The position numbers and the translations under genes are program-made. Of a stretch of DNA of 64,000 nucleotides, positions 43,898 through 56,384 are shown in pieces. The DNA comes from Macrostomum lignano (lineage: Eukaryota). The notes beneath the pieces are model-generated. The model saw nothing but the letters and a program-made list of their open reading frames with translations. It had not been told where the DNA came from and searched no databases. Within the stretch, counting starts at the first letter, position 1; each line of letters begins with the position of its first letter. The stretch lies in the NCBI GenBank assembly GCA_002269645.1, contig NIVC01000598.1:798007-862006 (forward strand), written 5' to 3'.

Positions 43898-46800
43898 ATG
43901 CTGCCGCCGCCGCCGCCTCCAACTCCGTCGGGAATGTCGCCGTTGGCTGGACCCATGATGTCGATGCTCGGGCCGCCGCCACCGCCACCTCCGCCGCCAC
44001 CGCAGCAGCAGGCATTTTATCAAGACCCACCATTTTTCAGGACACCTCTGCCGCCGCCGCCGCCCCCGCAGCAGCACTGCCTGATGGGAACTCCAGACGT
44101 TCGGATCCATGAGATGAACAAGCGACTGCAACAGCGGCCAGAGGTCAGTGGGGGGAAACTGTTCTGGCATCTAATGTCTTCATCGATAGACAAATATTAA
44201 TAAAATTAATTTTTATAACAGTGCGAAAGCGACGGCCAGAACTTCTGGTGGGATCAGTTTGCCACGGAGTTTTTTGAGGACGACTCGGTGCTCACCATCC
44301 AGCTGCTGATGGAGGACGGGCCGAAACGCTATTGTGAGTGGAAGATACAAGATATATAACAGCTCAAGTACTGTTTTTTAACTTTCCGCTGCCCACCCTG
44401 TGTGTTGAAGCTTTTGTGTTAACCTTTGATCTTGCCGACCTCAGCCCTGTTCACTCAGTTTGATGGTATTGATATCTTTGATATTGCCGACCACAGCCCT
44501 GTTCACTCAGTTTGATGGTATTTATATCTTTGATCTTGCCGACCTCTGCCCTTTTCACTCAGTTTGATGCCACCTTTGATCTTTCCGACCACAGCCCTGT
44601 TCACTCAGTTTGATGGTTTTGATATCTTTGATCTTGCCGACCTCTGCCCTTTTCACTCAGTTTGATGCCACCTTTGATCTTGCCGACCACAGCCCTGTTC
44701 ACTCAGTTTGATGGTATTGATATCTTTGATCTTGCCGACCACAGCCCTGTTCACTCAGTTTGATGGTATTGATATCTTTGATCTTGCCGACCTCTGCCCT
44801 TTTCACTCAGTTTGATGCCACCTTTGATCTTGCCGACCACAGCCCTGTTCACTCAGTTTGATGGTATTGATATCTTTGATCTTGCCGACCACAGCCCTGT
44901 TCACTCAGTTTGATGCCACCTTTGATCCTGCCGACCTCAGCCCTGTTCACTCAGTTTGATTCTATTTATATCTTTGATCTTGCCGACCTCAGCCCTGTTC
45001 ACTCAGTTTGATGCCACCTTTGATCTTGCCGACCTCAGCCCTGTTCACTCAGTTTGATGCCACCTTTGATCTTGCCGACCTCAGCCCTGTTCACTCAGTT
45101 TGATGCCACCTTTGATCTTGCCGACCTCAGCCCTGTTCACTCAGTTTGATTCTATTGATATCTTTGATCTTGCCGACCACAGCCCTGTTCACTCAGTTTG
45201 ATGGTATTTATATCTTTGATCTTGCCGACCTCTGCCCTTTTCACTCAGTTTGATGCCACCTTTGATCTTTCCGACCACAGCCCTGTTCACTCAGTTTGAT
45301 GGTATTGATATCTTTGATCTTGCCGACCTCTGCCCTTTTCACTCAGTTTGATGCCACCTTTGATCTTGCCGACCACAGCCCTGTTCACTCAGTTTGATGG
45401 TATTGATATCTTTGATCTTGCCGACCACAGCCCTGTTCACTCAGTTTGATGCCACCTTTGATCTTGCCGACCTCAGCCCTGTTCACTCAGTTTGATTCTA
45501 TTTATATCTTTGATCTTGCCGACCTCAGCCCTGTTCACTCAGTTTGATGCCACCTTTGATCTTGCCGACCTCAGCCCTGTTCACTCAGTTTGATGCCACC
45601 TTTGATCTTGCCGACCTCAGCCCTGTTCACTCAGTTTGATTCTATTGATATCTTTGATCTTGCCGACCTCAGCCCTGTTCACTCAGTTTGATGGTATTGA
45701 TATCTTTGATCTTGCCGACCTCAGCCCTGTTCACTCAGTTTGATGCCACCTTTGATCTTGCCGACCTCAGCCCTGTTCACTCAGTTTGATGCCACCTTTG
45801 ATCTTGCCGACCTCAGCCCTGTTCACTCAGTTTGATGCCACCTTTGATCTTGCCGACCTCAGCCCTGTTCACTCAGTTTGATGCCACCTTTGATCTTGCC
45901 GACCTCAGCCCTGTTCACTCAGTTTGATGCCACCTTTGATCTTGCCGACCTCAGTCCTGTTCACTCAGTTTGATGCCACCTTTGATCTTGCCGACCTCAG
46001 CCCTATTCACTCAGTTTGATTCTATTGATATCTTTGATCTTGCCGACTTCTGCCCTGTTTACTCAGTTTGATGGTATTGATATCTTTGATCTTGCCGACC
46101 TCAGCCCTGTTCATCAAGTCTCGTCCTCTGATAAGTTTTTACCAACATTAGTGAATTTATTAATGAGCCTTTAGTGTTGCCGACTAATTAAGCACCGGCC
46201 CGAACACCCCCTCACATCACGCCGCCATTGCAGCCATCGGTCGCACCCTGATCCCGCGGTACTTTCGCAGCATCTTTGACGGAGGAGTGGCCGACATGTA
46301 CATATTCCTAAAGAACGCCCGGGAATCGTTTCACAACACCAGCTTGACTCTGGACTGCGACCGAGGCGAGATGCACGCGACCCACGTCCGGCCGATGCTG
46401 ACCAACGTGGTGACCGAGGGCCGGCTGGTGCTGGAGTTCACCTTCGACGACATGATGCGGATCAAGAGCTGGCTCTTCCAGATCCGCAGCTGCCGAGAGA
46501 TGGTGCCCAGACAGGCGGTCGGCTCTCATCAGGTTGGGCGGGCGGGGCAAAGCGGCGGAGGGAGAGGGAAATGTTAAAGCGGATAGCCAATCACCACCGC
46601 ATCCTCCAGGATCCCCAGGTGCTGGATCAGATGTCGCACAACATCACTCGCCAGGGCATCACGAACCACACGCTGCACTTTCTTCGTCTCTGCATCATCC
46701 TCGAGCCAATGCAGGAGCTGATGAGCCGGCAGAAGGCCTACGGCCTGCACCCCAGGGACTGCTTGAAGACAACTCTGTTTCAGAAGTGGCAGCGCATGGT

Positions 46801-47700
46801 GGCGCCTCCTGGTGTGTCGCCGTGACAAGATGGGAATGTGACAAGATGGGAATGTGACAAGATGGGAATGTGACAAGATGGGAATGTGACAAGATGGGAA
46901 TGTGACAAGATGGGAATGTGACAAGATGGGAATGTGACAAGATGGGAATGTGACAAGATGGGAATGTGACAAGATGGGAATGTGACAAGATGGGAATGTG
47001 ACAAGATGGGAATGTGACAAGATGGGAATGTGACAAGATGGGAATGTGACAAGATGGGAATGTGACAAGATGACAAGATGGGAATGTGACAAGATGAGAA
47101 TGTGACAAGATGGTAATGCCACTGATTGGGAATTTAATAAGATGAGAATGTGACAAGATGGGAATGTGACAAGATGGGAATGTGACAAGATGGGAATGTG
47201 ACAAGATAAGAATGTGACAAGATGAGAATGGGACTGATTGGGAATTTAATGAGATAAAAACGTAATAAGATGGAAATGTGACAAGATGAGAATGTGACAA
47301 GATGAGAATGTGACAAGATGGAAATGTGACAAGATAAGAATGGGACTGATTGGGAATTTAATGAGTAATAAGATGGGAATGTGACTGGTTGGGAATGTAA
47401 CAAGATGGGAATGTGACAAGATAGGAATGTGACCTGCCTGCAAATCTACCTGCATCAAATTTCTTTTGTAAAAATTTAATTTCCGCATCAAATTCTCAAA
47501 TTTTAGAATCGAGTCGAACTCAAAGCAAACGCCGCAAAAGAAAGACGAATGGCAGCAACAGTGGCAACAACAACAACAATAACAATGGTATCCATGGCAA
47601 CGCCCCGGAAACTGACTCGACGCCAGCTACCAGTGTCGGTCGTGCCAAGAAGGGCAAGAAGAAGACGACAGGGGCAGCGTCTGGCGCAGCACAGAAGCAG

Positions 47701-47747
<47 letters not shown>

Positions 47748-50139
47748 GCAAGGGGTGAGTCAAGGAATTTATCGGTATCGAATGAAACCACTTGGACGAG
47801 AGAGAGAAGACGCGCAGATATGGCGCCAGAAGGTGAGAATACTGCCAGGGAAATCAGCGACTGAACAGGCGCAGCCTGTGATGCCTTGGGGCATTGAGCA
47901 GTGACTCAGCCTCTTCGCTTCATCCGCACATGTGTATTTTCTACCCCCAAACCCTTCATCGGGGCAAGCCAGTCCCGTCAACAGCGATGCTGTTGAATCT
48001 CCCATATTTTCCGTCTCCCCCCCACCGAGACTCCATCTTTTATCCCTTCCGCTCACCCCCAGCCAAGACGTAGACGTAGAGACACCGTCTGGGAGGATCC
48101 CGAGCTCGATTCGACCCGGTCACTAATGAAATTAGTGGCCGCCCGTTCACTCCCAGTCTTTGTCAGAAATTCCATATCGAAGTTTTCCATTCACCGAATC
48201 GTCTCTCATCCCCCCTCTCTCGAGATTCGGACTCTTTGGAGCAGCAGGGAAGACGTTTCTAGAGATTTTCTCCCCTATAGAAAATTGCTCACGATAATTG
48301 TCGGGGAAGAAGAGGAAGCGACTCCCCCCGGCCCTTCATTAGCCACCGGTGAGGGCCCCGCCTTTGTCGCGACTTTGGCCAGACTGGCAATCCGGATTTG
48401 CTTTGGCGATCGCGAAAAAATTCCATCAGGGTCCAACCGCTGTCGGGGAAATCGGCAGGACAATTAACTAGAAAGAGAAACGTCAGCTACCGCCGTGTGA
48501 CGCAAATTCAAATAAAAAAGAGACGCAATTCCTCAAAGACAGAAAAGACAGAGGAGCAGTTGGATCAGATCAAATTTTTGAATCTGAGGTCCCGAGTTCG
48601 CAGGCCTGGGGCTTGCTGTGCAATGCAATGCTGTGACAATACACACGCGCTCACACAGGGTGCACAGCGGCCCCTGACTTTCTAATCGTCAGGCACGTAC
48701 ACTCTCTGCGGCCTGGAGGTTGGTCCTCACGGATGTGAATCGCCCTACAGCCCTTCGGTCAATTTTCGTGCACAAGCCCGACGTGACAAGATGAGAATTA
48801 AGAATAATACAGTGCCCACTGTGAGGCTGTGTGTACTCATCATGTTTCGTGCACTGAAGTCAACGGAACGAGCGTACAGTAATCTTTTGCTTCTTTAATG
48901 TCCTTCTGAAATATTCCCATAAAACGCTTTGATGGCTACTAAGCCACCTCTACATGTACTCAGTAGTATGACCATACTACTGACGCGGAGCATTGGCGCT
49001 CTTGCGCCTCGCAAAGTGCCTGGCAAAGCAACCGTGACCTGTGAAGGTCATGGTGAGATCGCGGATATCTTTTCGATTTTGGTTCAAAAGGATTCTCCAC
49101 AGCTTGAGGGACGGGTTGGGCACTGCCGCACGGGATTGGCGGCAGTCGGAAATGCCATCCCATGTGCGCAGGTGCAGGGTATCCGCCCAGTCATTAATCT
49201 GGGTACCCGTCTTAGCGAGGGAGTCAGCGAGCTCGTTACCTTTGAAACGGGCTGGACCAAGTGATCCAAGTGAGCTGGACCGTGAACAGCCTTCCTACAA
49301 ATATTACTATTATTAGCATAGAGCAACCCCCTCCTCCTGCACCAGGACGTGATGATAGTCGGTGAGCCCACTCTCATGGGCGGCGAGTTCGGGGCCGAGG
49401 ACGAGCGGTTGATAACGCGACTAGAAAATCGCCAGTTCAACCCCAACGCACTACCGAACGGTTGTCTGCGATCGGAGCCTGGTGGCTTCGAAATACCCGC
49501 CTGCGGACCGCTGGAGAATTCATTCGAGCGCGACTCAACTGGCCGACCCGTTGGCCGGTTCGCCTCGATGCTGAGCCAGCACTGCCCGAATCCGCTGCCG
49601 CCGCCGCCGCCAACGCCGCTGCCACCTCAGGGATATTTCACCGGCAGTAAACAGCCGTCACGGCAGTTGCAGCATCCGCATGCAGCTTATTCTTGTGAGT
49701 TTGCTTTGAAGTCTGCTTACTTATTTAATCCGTTTTCTTAACTCGTGTTATCGAGTTTGTCAGAGTTCTGAGCTGTTGTTGTCGAGTTGGTCAGTGTTCT
49801 GAGCTGTTGTTGTCGAGTTGGTCAGTGTTCTGAGCTGTTGTTGTCGAGTTGGTCAGTGTTCTGAGCTGTTGTTGTCGAGTTGGTCAGTGTTCTGAGCTGT
49901 TGTTGTCGAGTTGGTCAGTGTTCTAACAAAATAACAAACGGTCACCACCCGCAGGCCCGCCTCAGAACGGATTCGAGTTCGTAACTCCGAGAACGCCGAG
50001 CCAGGCGTGGCCGACTCTCTCCTCCATGGTTGAGCAGCAGCAGGCAAGCGGCTCGCAGACTCCGCCACAGACAATTCAACAGCAGCAACAGACGCCGCAG
50101 CAGCAGCAAAACAAGTCCCACACAGCCATTAAAGCTTGA
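43898..50139 (+). CDS. LDB1: LIM domain-binding protein (LDB1/LDB2/Chip family), ~546 aa
   Basis: Exons 43898-44143, 44222-44333, 46234-46532, 46610-46811, 47507-47754, 49346-49694, 49955-50139; phase-consistent, 1641 nt. Motifs RIHEMNKRL, WWDQFATEFFEDD, IGRTLIPRYFRSIF, FDDMMRIKSW, LEPMQELMSR, KRRKRK NLS, and LID DVMIVGEPTLMGGEFGAEDERLITRLEN. The paralogue-level name is not resolvable. Confidence 0.96.
44426..46113. repeat. 46/52-bp alternating minisatellite in LDB intron 2
   Basis: Shared 38-bp core TGATCTTGCCGACCTCAGCCCTGTTCACTCAGTTTGAT plus either GCCACCTT or GGTATTGATATCTT. Confidence 0.95.
46822..47425. repeat. 16-bp minisatellite in LDB intron 4
   Basis: Unit GTGACAAGATGGGAAT, starting ~10 nt after the donor. 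Confidence 0.95.
48977..49290 (-). mobile_element. Non-LTR retrotransposon fragment (RNase H C-terminus and downstream region; I/R1/LOA-like) in LDB intron 5
   Basis: Translation of 49258->48977: GPARFKGNELADSLAKTG...DCRQSR...LLNQNRKDIRDLTMTFTGHGCFARHF; the GNELADxLAK RNase H motif and TGHG..H motif are typical of these LINEs. Confidence 0.75.
49751..49924. repeat. 31-bp minisatellite, ~5.5 copies, LDB intron 6
   Basis: Unit GTCAGTGTTCTGAGCTGTTGTTGTCGAGTTG. Confidence 0.92.
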
Positions 50140-50480
50140 CGCTATATAGGAAACCGACCAGAGCCATTCCGATCGTTCGCTAATAAATTTGAAATTGTAT
50201 ATTAGTAGCTAAGCGCTGTAAATTGTATGCATGCAATTCTTATTGTTTTGCATTGTTTCTGTACCAATCGCTTTAGTTATTGATGTTACTGTTCGTTGTT
50301 TGTCTGCATACTTGTAGTCCCCTGGCTTCGCTGCGATTGAAATAGATTGACGAAAACTAAACTACCTGCTTGGGAGATACTGCAGCAATTATTGAAGAGG
50401 TAAAAAATTCGTTTAAACCTTATGACTGAATATATCACACTTTCGCAAACAGTAACTTCAGGAAAGAGAGAATTCGGAAG

Positions 50481-50915
50481 AGAGTGACTTTAGGAGTGAC
50501 TTTGGGAAAGAGTGACTTTGGGAAAGAGTGACTTTGGGAAAGAGTGACTTTGGGAAAGAGTGACTTTGGGAAAGAGTGACTTTGGGAAAGAGTGACTTTG
50601 GGAAAGAGTGACTTTGGGAAAGAGTGACTTTGGGAAAGAGTGACTTTGGGAAAGAGTGACTTTGGGAAAGAGTGACTTTGGGAAAGAGTGACTTTGGGAA
50701 AGAGTGACTTTGGGAAAGAGTGACTTTGGGAAAGAGTGACTTTGGGAAAGAGTGACTTTGGGAAAGAGTGACTTTGGGAAAGAGTGACTTTGGGAAAGAG
50801 TGACTTTGGGAAAGAGTGACTTTGGGAAAGAGTGACTTTGGGAAAGAGTGACTTTGGGAAAGAGTGACTTTGGGAAAGAGTGACTTTGGGAGAATGACTT
50901 CAGGAAGACTGACTT
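50481..50915. repeat. 16-bp array (GAGTGACTTTGGGAAA)
   Basis: Nearly homogeneous tandem. Confidence 0.96.
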
Positions 50916-50940
50916 TAGGACACAAAGTACGCCAAACACA

Positions 50941-52786
50941 CATCAAGAATCACCAAGACTCACCAAGATTCACCAAGACACGTCAAGACACACCAAGACA
51001 CCAAAGCCAGGCATTGCAAGACACACTGGGGCAAATTGGGGCACACCAAGCACGCCAATGCACATCGAGACTCACAAAGACACGCCAAGGCACGCCAAGG
51101 CACGCCAAGGCACGCCAAGGCACGCCAAGGCACGCCAAGGCACGCCAAGGCACGCCAAGGCACGCCAAGCCACATCGAGACTCACAAAAGACACACCAAG
51201 ACACACCAAGACACACCAAGACTCACCAAGACACACCAAGACACACCAAGACTCAGCAAGACACGCCAAGACACACCAAGACACACCAAGACACACCAAG
51301 ACACACCTAGACACACCAAGACACACCAAGACACACCAAGGCACGCCAAGACACACCAAGACACACCAAGACACACCAAGACACACCAAGACTCAGCAAG
51401 ACACACCAAGACACACCAAGACAAACCAAGACACACCAAGACTCAGCAAGACTCACCAAGACACACCAAGACACACCAAGACTCACCAATACACACCAAG
51501 ACACACCAAGACACACCAAGACTCACCAAGACACACCAAGACACACCAAGACTCACCAAGACACACCAAGACACACCAAGACACACCAAGACTCACCAAG
51601 ACACGTCAAGACACACCAAGACACACCAAGACACACCAAGACTCACCAAGACACACCAAGACTCACCAAGACACACCAAGACTCACCAAGACATACCAAG
51701 ACACACCAAGACTCACCAAGACACACCAAGACACACCAAGACTGAGCAAGACTCAGCAAGACATACCAAGACACACCAAGACACACCAAGACACACCAAG
51801 ACTCAGCAAGACTCAGCAAGACACACCAAGACACACCAAGACACACCAAGGCACACCAAGACTCACCAAGACACACCAAGACACACCAAGACTCACCAAG
51901 ACACACCAAGACACACCAAGACTCAGCAAGACACACCAAGACACACCAAGACACACCAAGACTCACCAAGACTCACAAAGACACACCAAGACTCACCAAG
52001 ACATACCAAGACTCAGCAAGACACACCAAGACACACCAAGAAAAACCAAGACATACCAAGACTCAGCAAGACACACCAAGACATACCAAGACACACCAAG
52101 ACACACCAAGACACACCAAGACACACCAAGACTCAGCAAGACACACCAAGACACACCAAGAAACACCAAGACTCACCAAGACTCAGAAAGACTCACCAAG
52201 ACACACCAAGACACCAAAGCCAGGCATCGCAAGACACACCAAGACACACCAAGACACACCAAGACACACCAAGACACACCAAGACTCAGCAAGACACACC
52301 AAGACACACCAAGACTCACAAAGACTCACCAAGACACACCAAGACTCAGCAAGACTCACCAAGACACACCAAGACTCAGCAAAACACACCAAGACACACC
52401 AAGACACACCAAGACTCACCAAGACACACCAAGACACACCAAGACTCAGCAAGACTCACCAAGACACACCAAGACTCACCAAGACTCACCAAGACACACC
52501 AAGACACACCAAGACACACCAAGACACACCAAGACTCACCAAGACTCACCAAGACACACCAAGACTCACCAAGACTCACCAAGACACACCAAGACTCAGC
52601 AAGACACACCAAGACACACCAAGACACACCAAGACTCACCAAGACTCACCAAGACACACCAAGACTCAGCAAGACACACCAAGACTCACCAAGACACACC
52701 AAGACTCACCAAGACACACCAAGACACACCAAGACACACCAAGACTCACCAAGACACACCAAGACACCAAAGCCAGGCATCGCAAG
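50941..52786. repeat. 10-bp array (ACACACCAAG and variants)
   Basis: Variants ACTCACCAAG, ACTCAGCAAG, GCACGCCAAG. Confidence 0.95.
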
Positions 52787-53177
52787 AAATATTCTGTAAG
52801 ATATTTCATACTGCACTTCAAGCCTAATAAAAAGCATTGGCTATGGAGCACATTTCTAAAGCAGTACTGCGGGATCTCAGACTGGTAAAAAAGCAAATAC
52901 CAGTTTAGAATACTCTGCAATTCAGACTGCACTGCAACAATGGGATGGTCCTGCCTTATTGCTTAAGGACTGTCAACTCTGTTCGTGCGTTGCATTTTTG
53001 ACTCGTAAATTAAGATACAGTTTGGTGCTGGGGCACTCACACGGCTCTGAATCACCCTCCCTCCCAAAACAGTAAGTAAGACCTGCTCAACTGCATTGGA
53101 TGAAATGGCGGGCGGCTGGCTGCCCTCTGCTGTCCTTTTTTGTGCAACGTTCTTGTAAGAAAGATAGCCGGACAAAA

Positions 53178-53950
53178 TGACAGACAGACAAACAGAGAGA
53201 CACTAAGAGAGACAGACACCAAGACAGACAGGCACTAAGACAGACAGACACTAAGACAGACAGGCACTAAGACAGACAGGCACTAAGACAGACAGACACT
53301 AAGACAGGCACTAAGACAGACACTAAGACAGACACTAAGACAGACAGACACTAAGACAGACAGACACTAAGACAGGCACTAAGACAGACAGGCACTAAGA
53401 CAGACAGGCACTAAGACAGACAGGCACTAAGACAGACAGACACTAAGACAGGCACTAAGACAGACACTAAGACAGACACTAAGACAGACAGACACTAAGA
53501 CAGACACTAAGACAGGCACTAAGACAGGCACTAAGACAGACAGGCACTAAGACAGACAGACACTAAGACAGGCACTAAGACAGACACTAAGACAGACACT
53601 AAGACAGACAGACACTAAGACAGACAGGCACTAAGACAGACAGACACTAAGACAGACACTAAGACAGGCACTAAGACAGGCACTAAGACAGACAGGCACT
53701 AAGACAGACAGACACTAAGACAGGCACTAAGACAGACACTAAGACAGACACTAAGACAGACAGACACTAAGACAGACAGGCACTAAGACAGACAGACACT
53801 AAGACAGGCACTAAGACAGACACTAAGACAGACACTAAGACAGACAGACACTAAGACAGGCACTAAGACAGACACTAAGACAGACACTAAGACAGGCACT
53901 AAGACAGACACTAAGACAGACACTAAGAGAAACAGACACTTGAGACAGAC
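53178..53950. repeat. Compound GACA/CACTAA array
   Basis: Units such as GACACTAAGACAGACA and GGCACTAAGACA. Confidence 0.92.
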
Positions 53951-54351
53951 CGGTGAATAATGGCATACATTAGCTACGAGTGTAGTATGTGATTAGCTCA
54001 CCACATGCACATTAGCATCTCAGACTGGTGGCAAAGACTCACTAGAGAGCAGAAAGTCATGTACGAGTATAAATGTCACATCCGGTATTAAACTTGTTAT
54101 AATCATGCAAAATTGTACAATACCTAGTTATAAGCCTTAACTTATTGAGTAAATATCGAATTCAATGCAAATTTGAACTGAAGAAATAAAAAACTGTCGG
54201 GTTTTGAAAACCGCTTCTTTTGATGTATTCTCCGTGTGAGCTTATATTTAGTAGCAGTTACTTAATAAAGTAATGCGTAGTCAATAATTAGCTTGGCAAA
54301 CAAGTGTCAGGTTGAGCAGTTGACCTCCGAGTAGGCCGAGCACGCCCGCCT

Positions 54352-54576
54352 CTACTTCTTTTTATTGAAGGTGCGCCGGCGCCCGAGTCTGGCAACTTGG
54401 CTGATGTCGTCCTCGTCGCTCTCCAGCGGCTCCTCGAGGCTGTCGCCAGCGATGTCGTCCAGAGCCGATTCGAAGTCGTCTGGCTGCTCGACATCTTCGT
54501 CGAATTGTCGCTCGCCAGTCACGGCGACTGCGGCCACAGCAACGGCCACGATGGCGAGGAGAAGGTGCAGCTTCAT
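54352..54576 (-). CDS. Small secreted prepropeptide (signal peptide, acidic pro-region, cationic tail); antimicrobial or neuropeptide-like
   Basis: MKLHLLLAIVAVAVAAVAVTG signal-like; 18 of the next 40 residues are D/E; ends ARLGRRRTFNKKK*. GC-rich coding island in AT-rich flanks; TATTTAT at 54670-54664 upstream. Confidence 0.75.
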   Translation of the reverse strand: MKLHLLLAIVAVAVAAVAVTGERQFDEDVEQPDDFESALDDIAGDSLEEPLESDEDDISQVARLGRRRTFNKKK

Positions 54577-54799
54577 GATGGGCAGTGAGCAACTGGTTTC
54601 GACTGAGAGGCGCTGATTGCTGGGACCTTGAAGAGGGGCTCGGGGCAGCGCGAGAGGGGCCGCATAAATACCGTCCCTTCAACCGTTCAAGGAGCTCTAT
54701 GCAGATCTAGCGTCTGGATTGGAAACCAGTTTAAGCTTTAACAAATAGTAGCCATCGTACTTCAAAAACTTAAGCAGCTTCTAAAATATCTATTATAAC

Positions 54800-55763
54800 T
54801 TGCCAAGGCTCAACTGCTGAGATGCCAAGGCTCATGGGGAGTTGCTGAGATGCCAAGGCTCATGGGGAGTTGCTGAGATGCCAAGGCTCATGGGGAGTTG
54901 CTGAGATACCAAGGCTCAAAGGGAGTTGCTGAGATACCAAGGCTCAAGGGGACTTGCTGAGATGCCAAGGCTCAAGGGGACTTGCTGAGATACCAAGGCT
55001 CAAAGGGAGTTGCTGAGATACCAAGGCTCAAAGGGAGTTGCTGAGATGCCAAGGCTCATGGGGAGTTGCTGAGATGCCAAGGCTCATGGGGAGTTGCTGA
55101 GATACCAAGACTCATGGGGAGTTGCTGAGATGCCAAGACTCATGGGGAGTTGCTGAGATGCCAAGGCTCATGGGGAGTTGCTGAGATGCCAAGGCTCATG
55201 GGGAGTTGCTGAGATGCCAAGGCTCATGGGGAGTTGCTGAGATGCCAAGGCTCATGGGGAGTTGCTGAGATGCCAAGGCTCATGGGGAGTTGCTGAGATG
55301 CCAAGGCTCATGGGGGAGTTGCTGAGATGCCAAGGCTCAACTGCTGAGATGCCAAGGCTCAAGGGGAGTTGCTGAGATGCCAAGGCTCAAGGGGAGTTGC
55401 TGAGATGCCAAGGCTCATGGGGAGTTGCTGAGATGCCAAGGCTCATGGGGAGTTGCTGAGATGCCAAGGCTCATGGGGGAGTTGCTGAGATGCCAAGGCT
55501 CAACTGCTGAGATGCCAAGGCTCAACTGCTGAGATGCCAAGGCTCAACTGCTGAGATGCCAAGGCTCAACTGCTGAGATGCCAAGGCTTAACTGCTGAGA
55601 TGCCAAGGCTCAACTGCTGAGATGCCAAGGCTCAACTGCTGAGATGCCAAGGCTCAACTGCTGAGATGCCAAGGCTCAACTGCTGAGATGCCAAGGCTCA
55701 ACTGCTGAGATGCCAAGGCTCAACTGCTGAGATGCCAAGGCTCATGGGGAGTTGCTGAGATGA
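54800..55763. repeat. 28-bp/22-bp minisatellite
   Basis: GTTGCTGAGATGCCAAGGCTCATGGGGA and CTGCTGAGATGCCAAGGCTCAA. Confidence 0.95.
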
Positions 55764-56384
55764 CAGAGTGAGTGACTTAGTGACAGAACTCACTGCAAAA
55801 GGGTCCCACTGTCCCTCTCCAGATATCTAAGTTTATGGCACTCCATTAACCGTCCACTGGGCACACGTTTTGCTAACAAAAATTGGTAGGAAGGTACTAT
55901 TGCACTGGTTTGTTCGCACGTGTCTGCTACTCGGCAGACCCTCTCAACAGCATGAAGCTTTTTAGAGCATCTTTCCAAATAGATGGCTTAATAGAAGTGA
56001 GAGGCTGGCGCAAGCCACTAGAGCCGCACTGCTAGATTGCATTGAGTGAGACCTGCTCAACTAGTTTATGAAGACAGCCATTGTCTGGCTTGAAAGCTAC
56101 TGCAAGCCACTCCATGGCACGCCTATTTTTACACCAATCTAGCTGCGCTGTGATCTCTACTCAACTCTTGCTAAATGAAGCGTAGCAATCAACATTCTTT
56201 GCTTGCGCATACAAATGTCATTAGAGTGGCGAGTTTGTCTGCGATAGTGTTGCTTACAGAAATTGATGTTTGAATGCATTTTCAGTCACGTAATTTCTTA
56301 CAAAACTGCACGTGATTTTGCATGCTGGTTTAGATATTATAACACAGCTATAACTGCTTCGGCTTCTCAGACGCACTCAAGAAG

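Noticed and set aside
48225-48270. Walker A motif (GAAGKT) of a helicase
   Set aside because: Does not fit GxxxxGKT, and the frame stops within ~10 codons.
48670-48720. Hammerhead ribozyme (CUGACGA...GAAA on the minus strand)
   Set aside because: Only 3 nt lie between CUGACGA and GAAA, so stem II cannot form, and no stem I/III with a cleavage triplet was found.
51036-52827. ~590-aa His/Thr/Lys repeat proteins
   Set aside because: 10-bp array giving the same cyclic peptide in multiple frames; no splice or start context.
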